This document shows, in pieces, positions 1-7,472 of a stretch of 62,765 nt of DNA. The stretch comes from Syntrophaceae bacterium (GTDB lineage: Bacteria > Desulfobacterota > Syntrophia > Syntrophales > UBA4778). Below the pieces are notes generated by a model. It had not been told where the DNA came from, did no database searches, and saw nothing but the letters and a program-made list of their open reading frames with translations. The stretch lies in contig JBDKTK010000178.1 in the NCBI GenBank assembly GCA_039680225.1, forward strand, positions 1 to 62,765, written 5' to 3'. Position numbers and translations under genes: made by a program. Each line of letters starts with the position of its first letter. Position 1 is the stretch's first letter.

Positions 1-1271
1 GACGAGGCCTCATCGAGTTCGTAGGGGTTGATCTCCTTTAAGCACCTGTACGCTTTCTCAATAGGGACCGAGTAAAAATCGGCTATGGATTTGCCGCGGA
101 TGCGCCACAGCAGCGCCTCGGGAACAAGCCGCGAGCCGCCGCAATTGGGGCAGGTATGGTAGCCGCGGTACCGCGCCAGGAACACCCGGACGTGGAGCTT
201 GTAGCGCTTGGTCTCGAGCCACTGGAAAAAGCCCCTGATGCCGTAGAAGCGCGAGTCGCCGTCGAATATGGCTTTCTTGTCTTCCTCCGGCAATTCCCCG
301 AAAGGCACGTCCACGGGGATGTCCTTCCGGTCGCAGAAAATCATGAGGTCCTGGAATTCCTCCCGGGCGATCCCCGCCCAGGGCTTGACGGCGCCTTCCC
401 TGATTGTCTTTCGCGGGTCGGGCACAACCAGTTCCGGGTCGATGTCGATGGTCCGCCCGAAGCCGCGGCAATCCGGGCAGGCCCCCGCCGGCGAGTTGAA
501 GGAAAAGAGGTTGGGCGTGGCCTCCCGGAAGGAGATATCGCAATACGGGCACTCCAGCGACGAGCTGAAGCGCAGCGGGCCGGCGGGAGTTTGAATCGAG
601 ACTCTTCCCTTTCCCCACCGGAGCGCCGTTTCAATCGAATCGACGATTCGCTTGCGGTCCGCGCCGCGGAAGGGAAGCCTGTCAAAAAGTATCTCGCAGC
701 CTTTTTCGGGACCGCCCTCAAAGCCTTCCAGGTCTGCAACTTTCCCGTCTTTCCAGACCCTGTCCAGTCCCGCGGACCTCAGAGCTGCAACCGTTGGTCC
801 GGCCACACCGGCCGTGACGGCGATCGGGTCGCCCTCCGGGCACGCGTTTTTCAATCCCTGGAAAATCGACTGGGGTGAATGCCTCTTCACGGTCCTGCCG
901 CATCCGGAGCAGTGCAGTTCGGCCGTCCGCGCAAAGAGCATTTTCATGAAATCGTTTATTTCGGTAACGGTCCCCACGGTCGACCGCGAAGTGCGCACCG
1001 GGTCGCCCTGCTCGATGGCCAGGGCCGGGGGGATGCCGGCAATCCTGTCCGCCCTGGGCCTGTCCATGCGGTCCATGAACTGGCGGGCATAGGGAGAGAA
1101 TGTCTCGATATAGCGCCTCTGCCCCTCGGCATAAAGCGTATCGAAAGCCAGCGATGACTTGCCGGCCCCGCTCACGCCGGTGATGACAGTGATCCTGTTA
1201 AGGGGGATTTCGAGGTCAAACCCCTTGAGGTTGTTGTGGCGCGCGCCTTTTATAATTATGGAGTCGTCCAT
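1..1271 (-). CDS. UvrA-family ABC ATPase (excinuclease ABC subunit A-like), N-terminal 423 codons; the rest lies beyond the window edge
   Basis: Not in the ORF track because it is open at the window edge. Manual reverse translation from ATG 1271-1269 gives MDDSIIIKGARHNNLKGFDLEIPLNRITVITGVSGAGKSSLAFDTLYAEGQRRYIETFSPYARQF... It has Walker A GVSGAGKS and Cys pairs (HCSGCG, ECPYC, CPDC, CPNC) like UvrA zinc modules. Frame checked at five positions, no stop seen. Confidence 0.85.
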   Translation of the reverse strand, partial: MDDSIIIKGARHNNLKGFDLEIPLNRITVITGVSGAGKSSLAFDTLYAEGQRRYIETFSPYARQFMDRMDRPRADRIAGIPPALAIEQGDPVRTSRSTVGTVTEINDFMKMLFARTAELHCSGCGRTVKRHSPQSIFQGLKNACPEGDPIAVTAGVAGPTVAALRSAGLDRVWKDGKVADLEGFEGGPEKGCEILFDRLPFRGADRKRIVDSIETALRWGKGRVSIQTPAGPLRFSSSLECPYCDISFREATPNLFSFNSPAGACPDCRGFGRTIDIDPELVVPDPRKTIREGAVKPWAGIAREEFQDLMIFCDRKDIPVDVPFGELPEEDKKAIFDGDSRFYGIRGFFQWLETKRYKLHVRVFLARYRGYHTCPNCGGSRLVPEALLWRIRGKSIADFYSVPIEKAYRCLKEINPYELDEAS

Positions 1272-1453
1272 TTATATTCGGCCATTGTCCGGGGCATACG
1301 GCAATACGCCCGGGAAAAATTGCTCTCCGGATTATTTGCGGTGTACGGGAGGGTGTCGAAATGGCGGGTGATCTAACCTTCTGATGCGCTTCCCCCTAAC
1401 CTGCCGGGCGATTATATCACCCCGAATGCGGCTGTCAATCGGGGCGCACGGAA

Positions 1454-2254
1454 TTATTCGGTTTTTTCGATAATAATGCCCGGATCTTCCGGATTCAGGC
1501 GCCGGGCCGCGCTGCCCCCGTTCACTGCAATCTCCAGGAACCCGGAACTTCCGAACAAGGCCAGGACTTTGCCTTCCGGAACCGAACTGTATGTCGCGCT
1601 GATTTCATGCAGTTCCATCGAACCGATTCTGATTACCGGGGAGGCCGCGCCGAGAAAACCTTCGATAGTTTCGCGGCTGAAATTGCTGATGAGGTTCCCG
1701 AAATGGTCCGCCCGGACGGTCCGGCCATGCAGCTTTCCCCCGGAGACGAAGGGTTCCCGGGGTTCCAGTCTCACGGGATCGCTGATAATCCCGCCCATGG
1801 ACCGGATGTCTTCGCCTTTGGAAATCCACGCGGCGACAGGGGCAAAGATGTCCCGCCCGTGGAATGTGGAACTCACATCCCTGCAAAAATAACGGGGGTT
1901 GTTCAGGTCCACTGTCACGGAACCCGGATTTTTCAGGGCCGGCCAGAAAATCCCGTTATCCGGCCCGACAAAAAAATGGCCTCCGCTTGCGGCCGCAATG
2001 GCCCGGCGGCCCCCTCCCACGCCCGGGTCCACCACGGCCAGGTGGACGGTCCCGGCCGGGAAATATTTACAGGACTCCATCAGGACCCACGATGCTTCCG
2101 GGACAGAGCCGCGGGGGATGTCGTGGCTGATGTCGACCAGCACGGCTTGCCGGTTGATCGAGAGTATCACTCCCTTGACAGCGCCCGCATACGGGTCAGT
2201 GCGGCCGAAATCTGTCGTGAGCGTGATAATGCCGGAGGGTTTCGGGGAAATCAC
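1454..2254 (-). CDS. SAM hydrolase / SAM-dependent halogenase family protein (DUF62, SAM hydroxide adenosyltransferase-like)
   Basis: ORF 1454..2314 carries family motifs IITLTTDFG, DPYAGAVKGV, VVDPGVGG, FVGPDNG and HGRDIFAPVAA. I moved the start to GTG 2254 (GAAGG 9 nt upstream). This gives a GTGA start/stop overlap with the upstream gene instead of a 64-nt overlap. Confidence 0.85.
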   Translation of the reverse strand: MISPKPSGIITLTTDFGRTDPYAGAVKGVILSINRQAVLVDISHDIPRGSVPEASWVLMESCKYFPAGTVHLAVVDPGVGGGRRAIAAASGGHFFVGPDNGIFWPALKNPGSVTVDLNNPRYFCRDVSSTFHGRDIFAPVAAWISKGEDIRSMGGIISDPVRLEPREPFVSGGKLHGRTVRADHFGNLISNFSRETIEGFLGAASPVIRIGSMELHEISATYSSVPEGKVLALFGSSGFLEIAVNGGSAARRLNPEDPGIIIEKTE

Positions 2255-3348
2255 CGCTTCAACCTTCTGTATGCCCAGCAGTTGAGGTAGAAGAACATCG
2301 TCAATAATCCGCACCTGCCGATTAACCTTGACGCAACGGGTTTGATCTCACTTTGGGAGGACATCTTCCGGTCGGCCAGGTACAGGGCCGGAAGGCCGCG
2401 GCAGACCATCCGGTGAAATCCCGGATGGGAAAGAAGCTTCGCCCCTTCATCCGCTCTTTTGAAAAAGAACATGATCCTTTCCGTCATCTCCTCCGGGCCG
2501 GAGTAATACGAACAGAAATTGAGATCGCCTCCCTCCCGGTCTTCCTCCTGGTCGACGAGATAGTCCAGGAGGATGTGCAGGCCCTGTATCCAGGGGAAAT
2601 ATGCCTCCTGCATCTGCCGGGCTGATCCCGGGGGGAATTCCCCCCGCATCGCGGAGCAGACGAGCGCATAGATCCCGAGGGTCGACCCGGTTGCCGCGCT
2701 GAACTCCTGCCATTTCATTTCGTCCATGAAAGCGTTCCCGTTTCTGTTGCGGGCAAACCAGTCCTGCAGCCTGGGAAGCCTGTCTTCCGGCTTGACATGC
2801 TTATGCACCTGCAGCTCGCCATAGCAGCGGGACAGATCAAGAATGAACGGGGCTATTGACCGGTAGGAAGGTATGCCGGCCAGCACCTCCTGGCAGGTGC
2901 GCACCAGCGAGTGAAGGTAGCCGCCGTCGTCATGCTCCGGACGGTTCCGGTAGTAATCGAGCAATGCGGCCCCGGGGGTGAGGGCGTGGAGCATGGATTC
3001 ATGCAGGGCCTGGAAATCGACCGGGTCCCGGGAGTTGCCCCTGTCGCAAAGGTTGTCAAGGTAATCGCTTATTGTCTGGTAAGCGACAATGAACCTGATC
3101 GCCTCGTCCATATGACTGCCGGCCAGCAGCCCATAGAGCGTACCGCCTTCGCAATGAAAAGTCTTGGCCTCGATGCTCAGCAGGGCCTGCCGGCGCAGCT
3201 CCGGGTCGGGTATTGCCTTCGCCCTGGCCGCCCAGGACCTGAGGTAACGGCGGGCCCTGGGAAGTGATTCGAGGGCCTTCAGCATCATGGTCCAAGGTTG
3301 CTCGGGGACTGTCAAGAGGCTCCTTTCAGCGTTCGCGCCCATTTTCAT
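2251..3348 (-). CDS. ytpB: Tetraprenyl-beta-curcumene synthase family protein (YtpB / DUF2600)
   Basis: 365-aa ORF with long blocks matching my recollection of Bacillus YtpB: KTFHCEGGT, AYQTISDYLDNLCDR, DDGGYL, LQVHKHV, YFPWIQGLHILLDYLVDQEEDREGGDLNFCSYY. Confidence 0.85.
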   Translation of the reverse strand: MKMGANAERSLLTVPEQPWTMMLKALESLPRARRYLRSWAARAKAIPDPELRRQALLSIEAKTFHCEGGTLYGLLAGSHMDEAIRFIVAYQTISDYLDNLCDRGNSRDPVDFQALHESMLHALTPGAALLDYYRNRPEHDDGGYLHSLVRTCQEVLAGIPSYRSIAPFILDLSRCYGELQVHKHVKPEDRLPRLQDWFARNRNGNAFMDEMKWQEFSAATGSTLGIYALVCSAMRGEFPPGSARQMQEAYFPWIQGLHILLDYLVDQEEDREGGDLNFCSYYSGPEEMTERIMFFFKRADEGAKLLSHPGFHRMVCRGLPALYLADRKMSSQSEIKPVASRLIGRCGLLTMFFYLNCWAYRRLKR

Positions 3349-3428
3349 TTCGACTTGGAATCATGTAGAAAATCAAAGATGAAGTCAATTTTAAAAAGGA
3401 GTCGAAGGGGTTGTCGTAAATGGCAGCG

Positions 3429-3878
3429 TTATGGCCTGACCAGGAGAACGGGACAGTTTGCGTTTTTCAATACCTTGTCGGTAGTGCTTCCCAGGAGATT
3501 ATGCAGAAGGCCCGTCCTCCCGTGGGAAGCGATCACAATCATATCGGGGTTCTTTTCCTTCTGGTCCTTGATGATCTCGTCGGGCGGATAACCCTTGCGG
3601 ATATCGAAAGAAATGTCCAGGCCCGCCGCATCCGGGATCCGGCCGACCTGCCGCTCGAGAAGATTTTGCGAAGCCGCCCTGTCATTGGCCTCCATCTTCT
3701 TCATGACTTCATCGGTCAGGCAGTAGTCGGCAACGCATTGCTGCAAGCCCTCGTCGATCACGTGCAGGAGATAAATCCTGGATTTGTACTCCCTGGCCAG
3801 GTCTACCGCTTTTTGCAGGGCCCTGTCGGAGAACTCCGAAAAATCAGAAGGCACAAGAATGCTTTTGGGTGCAAACAT
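3429..3878 (-). CDS. Universal stress protein (UspA family)
   Basis: 149 aa. It has the typical USP start KSILVPSDFSE, the block IYLLHV and the C-terminal GSTTDKVLKNANCPVLLV motif. Confidence 0.9.
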   Translation of the reverse strand: MFAPKSILVPSDFSEFSDRALQKAVDLAREYKSRIYLLHVIDEGLQQCVADYCLTDEVMKKMEANDRAASQNLLERQVGRIPDAAGLDISFDIRKGYPPDEIIKDQKEKNPDMIVIASHGRTGLLHNLLGSTTDKVLKNANCPVLLVRP

Positions 3879-4013
3879 ACGGTTCCTCCTTTTCCGGATT
3901 AGGTATGCAAAAAGTATAGATGAAAGGAGTTCAAAGTCAACACGCGCCCTTATTCCTTTTGAATTTTTACGGCCTTTCGGCTACCCTGCAGAAAAAACGG
4001 GAGGGACCCGACC

Positions 4014-4331
4014 ATGGCTGGGAAGAAATCACCGGAAGAACTGTCGTCACTCGTTGAGTACCAGGAGGGATCCATCGTCAGCCGGGAGGTATTGAAAAAG
4101 GATACCGGGACCGTGACCCTGTTTGCGTTTGACGCGGGCCAGGGCCTGAGCGAGCACACGGCGCCCTTCGACGCGTTCGTATATATCGTGGACGGGACCG
4201 CCCTGATAACGCTTTCAGGCACGGAGCACCGGCTGGGAGCCGGGCAGTTCCTGGTCATGCCGGCCGGAGAGCCGCATTCCCTGAAAGCCCCCGTCCGGTT
4301 CAAGATGATGCTCGTCATGATAAGGTCCTGA
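4014..4331 (+). CDS. Cupin domain protein
   Basis: 105 aa. Small beta-barrel pattern G..L.EH.APFDAFVYIVDG...G.F.VMPAGEPH typical of single-domain cupins. Confidence 0.8.
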   Translation: MAGKKSPEELSSLVEYQEGSIVSREVLKKDTGTVTLFAFDAGQGLSEHTAPFDAFVYIVDGTALITLSGTEHRLGAGQFLVMPAGEPHSLKAPVRFKMMLVMIRS

Positions 4332-5638
4332 TGGCAAGTTTCAGCATGCCGGGGTTGAGGTTCGCCCTGCGCGCCCTCCGGTACAGGAATTACAGGCTCT
4401 TTTTCGGCGGGCAGAGTTTTTCCCTGATCGGCACCTGGATGCAGCAGCTCGCCCTCGGCTGGCTCGCCTATGACCTGACCAATTCGGCGTTCCTGCTCGG
4501 CCTCATAGGTTTTGCCGGGATGATCCCGACCCTGGCGGTCAGCCCCATTGCCGGGGTGTTCTCCGACCGCTGGAACCGCTATCACATCCTGCTCGCCACC
4601 CAGTCGCTTGCCATGCTGCAGGCCTTCCTGCTAGCCGTCCTCACGCTCACGGGGGCCATCCGCTACGAATACATCGTGGCCCTCGCCATTTTCCTCGGAA
4701 TCGTCAATGCCTTCGATATCCCGGCCAGGCAGTCTTTTGTTGTCGAGATCGTGGAAAGAAAAGAGGACCTGGGCAATGCCATAGCCCTTAATTCGCTCAT
4801 GTTCAACGGGGCGCGGCTCATCGGGCCCTCAATCGCCGGGGTGCTGATCGGGCTCGCGGGAGAAGGGACGTGCTTTCTGCTCAATGCGCTGAGCTATGCC
4901 GGTATCCTGGCAGCGCTTGCGGCCATCAAGGTGCCGCCGCGGGAAAACAGGCCCGCAACACAAGTATGGCAGGGTCTGCGCGAGGGTTTCGCATACGCCT
5001 TCGGTTTTGCGCCGATCCGCTACATCCTGCTGCAGCTTGCGGTAATCAGTCTCATGGGAATGCCTTATGCCGTGCTCATGCCCATATTTGCCAGAGATAT
5101 ACTCATGGGAGGGCCGGGGACGCTGGGATTTTTAATGGCATGCTCGGGGACGGGGGCCCTCATCGGGGCGATATATCTTGCCGCCCGCAAATCCATCCTC
5201 GGCCTGGGGAAATGGATTGTCTACGGGTCGAGCCTGTTCGGCTGCGCCATAATAGCCTTCTCGTTTTCCAGGGTCGTCTGGCTCTCGGCCGCGCTGATGG
5301 TTGTCTCCGGTTTCGGGATGATTATCCAGATGGCATCGAGCAACACCATCCTGCAGACGATCGTGGAGGAGGACAAAAGGGGAAGGGTCATGAGCTTTTT
5401 TGCCCTCGCAATCATGGGGACATCTCCCCTGGGAAGCCTCTTTGCCGGCTACATGGGGGAAAAAATAGGCGTTGTCTACACCTTAATGATAAGCGGGATA
5501 ATATGCATCGCGGGCGCGCTGCTCTTTGCCGGCAGGCTGCCTGAAATCAGGGAAAAAGTGCGCCCGATATACCGCAGCATGGGCATAGGCAGGCCCACGG
5601 ACCGCATCAGCTCGGGCTCAACTGGGCCGGATAGCTGA
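4331..5638 (+). CDS. MFS transporter (EntS/DUF894-like subfamily)
   Basis: 435 aa and about 12 hydrophobic segments. N-terminal RNYRLFFGGQSFSLIGTWMQ and SDRWNR motif are typical of this MFS group. The ATG overlaps the cupin TGA (TGATG). Confidence 0.85.
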   Translation: MASFSMPGLRFALRALRYRNYRLFFGGQSFSLIGTWMQQLALGWLAYDLTNSAFLLGLIGFAGMIPTLAVSPIAGVFSDRWNRYHILLATQSLAMLQAFLLAVLTLTGAIRYEYIVALAIFLGIVNAFDIPARQSFVVEIVERKEDLGNAIALNSLMFNGARLIGPSIAGVLIGLAGEGTCFLLNALSYAGILAALAAIKVPPRENRPATQVWQGLREGFAYAFGFAPIRYILLQLAVISLMGMPYAVLMPIFARDILMGGPGTLGFLMACSGTGALIGAIYLAARKSILGLGKWIVYGSSLFGCAIIAFSFSRVVWLSAALMVVSGFGMIIQMASSNTILQTIVEEDKRGRVMSFFALAIMGTSPLGSLFAGYMGEKIGVVYTLMISGIICIAGALLFAGRLPEIREKVRPIYRSMGIGRPTDRISSGSTGPDS

Positions 5639-5818
5639 TTATTTCTTTTTGCTGTAAAAATTCAGCAGGAAATCAGCGTCCTTGGGAGAAAGGTCGAATT
5701 TAAATACCGCCTTTTCAACAAGTTTGTTAACAGGTTGGGAAGGATTTTCATCCAGATTGGAGGAAATCCATTTTATCGCGTGCTGTAAATCTTCGCCTTC
5801 CGGTATTATCGTCGTCAT
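5639..5818 (-). CDS. Small hypothetical protein (59 aa)
   Basis: Below the track length cut-off. Sequence MTTIIPEGEDLQHAIKWISSNLDENPSQPVNKLVEKAVFKFDLSPKDADFLLNFYSKKK, with GGAG 7-10 nt upstream of the ATG. No family recognised. Confidence 0.45.
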   Translation of the reverse strand: MTTIIPEGEDLQHAIKWISSNLDENPSQPVNKLVEKAVFKFDLSPKDADFLLNFYSKKK

Positions 5819-6011
5819 CTGGCAACTCTCCTTTTTAATTATACGGCCGGGATTATAGAAAAAATCAGGATTAGGTTCAAGGTTAATTTACCCTGCCGAA
5901 GCCTTAGCAGGAATTGTTCCTTTTCGGCCTCTAAAATCATGGTTTCCTTGATGGCGGAATAATCAGGAACTTTCTTAGGATGTACTACCAAAATCTCGGG
6001 GGGTGCGCGAA

Positions 6012-6614
6012 ATGAGAAAAATCTTGATTGTCGCGGCAGTAATATCGCTGTTCGTATTTGCTTCCGTCTGTTCGGCACAGGAAAGCTGGAGGGCGTATGT
6101 GCCGAAAGGGTATGTCGGGGCCTTCGGCGGCGCGTCCTTTCCCATGGACCTGGAGACCGAAAACAACCCTGACGTGGGTCTGGATACGAGTTGGGTCCTG
6201 GGAGTAAAGGTGGGCGGATTTTTTGCCAAGCCGCTGATCCTGGAGCTGGAATATTACCATATCGGGGAAATGGACCTGGACAACAAGCGGTTTGCGGATT
6301 CCGTCAGCGCCGACAGCTTATTCCTGAATGTGATCCTGAGATACCCGGAAACCAGGTTTCATCCGTTCATAGGCGCAGGTGTGGGCTGGGCATGGTCCCA
6401 TTTGAAAAATGTCAATACGGGATTCGGGGCCATCAGCGCTGATGACAATAATTGGGCCGTACAGGGACTGGCAGGCGTGGACTTCGATATAACCGAAAAG
6501 ATCTTCCTCACCGCTCAATACAGATATTTTTATACCGAGCCCTCATTCATCACAAGCAACGACAGCAAGGTCAAATCTCATTTGCTTACCATAGGCGTCA
6601 ATTACCTCTTTTAA
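6012..6614 (+). CDS. Outer-membrane beta-barrel protein (OmpA-like barrel / OMP_b-brl family), paralog 1
   Basis: Signal peptide MRKILIVAAVISLFVFASVCSA/QE, alternating beta-strand pattern, C-terminal LTIGVNYLF. Start set to ATG 6012 to match the paralog; the track start GTG 6003 is in frame. Confidence 0.85.
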   Translation: MRKILIVAAVISLFVFASVCSAQESWRAYVPKGYVGAFGGASFPMDLETENNPDVGLDTSWVLGVKVGGFFAKPLILELEYYHIGEMDLDNKRFADSVSADSLFLNVILRYPETRFHPFIGAGVGWAWSHLKNVNTGFGAISADDNNWAVQGLAGVDFDITEKIFLTAQYRYFYTEPSFITSNDSKVKSHLLTIGVNYLF

Positions 6615-6650
6615 GGTAATGCCTTTTCAGCTGCCCTGGGCAGGATCAAA

Positions 6651-6675
6651 AAGGGCGGGTGCAAATCCCGCCCTT
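6651..6675 (+). terminator. Stem-loop AAGGGCGGG-N7-CCCGCCCTT downstream of OMP paralog 1
   Basis: Perfect 9-bp GC-rich stem 37 nt after the stop. Only a short T stretch follows, so it is hairpin-supported but not a textbook terminator. Confidence 0.5.
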
Positions 6676-6754
6676 CTGAACGGCCGCCTTTGCAAGGCCC
6701 GGGCGTGGAAGGGGTACGCTGCGGGTATGCACAAAAAATATAAGGGGTGCGCAC

Positions 6755-7357
6755 ATGAAAAAAATTTTGATCGTCCTGGTCCTTGTATCGTGTTTTGTCA
6801 TAGCTCCCGTTTGTTCAGCCCAGGAAGGCTGGAGGGCATCTGCGCCAAAAGGGTATTTCGGGATCTTCGGCGGCTACTCATTCCCTCAGGACCTGGAAAC
6901 TGAAAACCTCCCGGATGCAGGCCTGGATGGCAGCTGGGTTGCGGGCGCAAAACTGGGGGGCTTCTTTGCAAGGCCCCTGATGTTGGAGATAGAGTATTAT
7001 CACATCGGGGAAATGGACCTGGACAGGAAGATATTCGCGGATTCAGTCAGCACCGACAGCGTTTTTCTAAACGTGATCCTCAGATACCCCGAGACCAGTT
7101 TTCATCCATTCATAGGGGCCGGAGCCGGATGGGCATGGTCTCATTTAAAAAATGTCAATTCCGTATCTGGAGCAATCAGCGCCGATGACAACAATTGGGC
7201 CGTGCAGGCCCTGGCAGGCGTGGATATCGAACTCTCGGATAAAGCCTCGCTCGTCTTCCAATACAGGTACTTTTATACCGAGCCCACATTTATCACGGAC
7301 AATGACAGCAAGGTCCGGTCCCATTTACTTACAGTCGGCATTAATTTCTTTTTTTAA
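6755..7357 (+). CDS. Outer-membrane beta-barrel protein, paralog 2
   Basis: Signal peptide MKKILIVLVLVSCFVIAPVCSA/QE. Collinear with paralog 1 along its whole length (HIGEMDLD, LNVILRYPET.FHPFIGAG.GWAWSHLKNVN, C-terminal F). Confidence 0.85.
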   Translation: MKKILIVLVLVSCFVIAPVCSAQEGWRASAPKGYFGIFGGYSFPQDLETENLPDAGLDGSWVAGAKLGGFFARPLMLEIEYYHIGEMDLDRKIFADSVSTDSVFLNVILRYPETSFHPFIGAGAGWAWSHLKNVNSVSGAISADDNNWAVQALAGVDIELSDKASLVFQYRYFYTEPTFITDNDSKVRSHLLTVGINFFF

Positions 7358-7387
7358 CAGGCAGTCGGGTTGTCCTTCCGGATGAAC

Positions 7388-7410
7388 AAGGGCGGGCAGT
7401 TCCCGCCCTT
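7388..7410 (+). terminator. Stem-loop AAGGGCGGG-N5-CCCGCCCTT downstream of OMP paralog 2
   Basis: Same 9-bp stem sequence as at 6651-6675, 31 nt after the stop and followed by TTT. Confidence 0.5.
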
Positions 7411-7472
7411 TCAACGCTCCCCTTGCATTCTCCAGCCATATATCTTAAAAATTAATCGCCAATAAAAACGTA

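Noticed and set aside
58-903. Track ORFs 58..618(-), 156..878(+), 341..739(-) and 718..903(-) as genes at the left edge.
   Set aside because: All overlap the continuous UvrA-like frame (1-1271, minus) that the track omits because it is open-ended. Their sequences are low-complexity.
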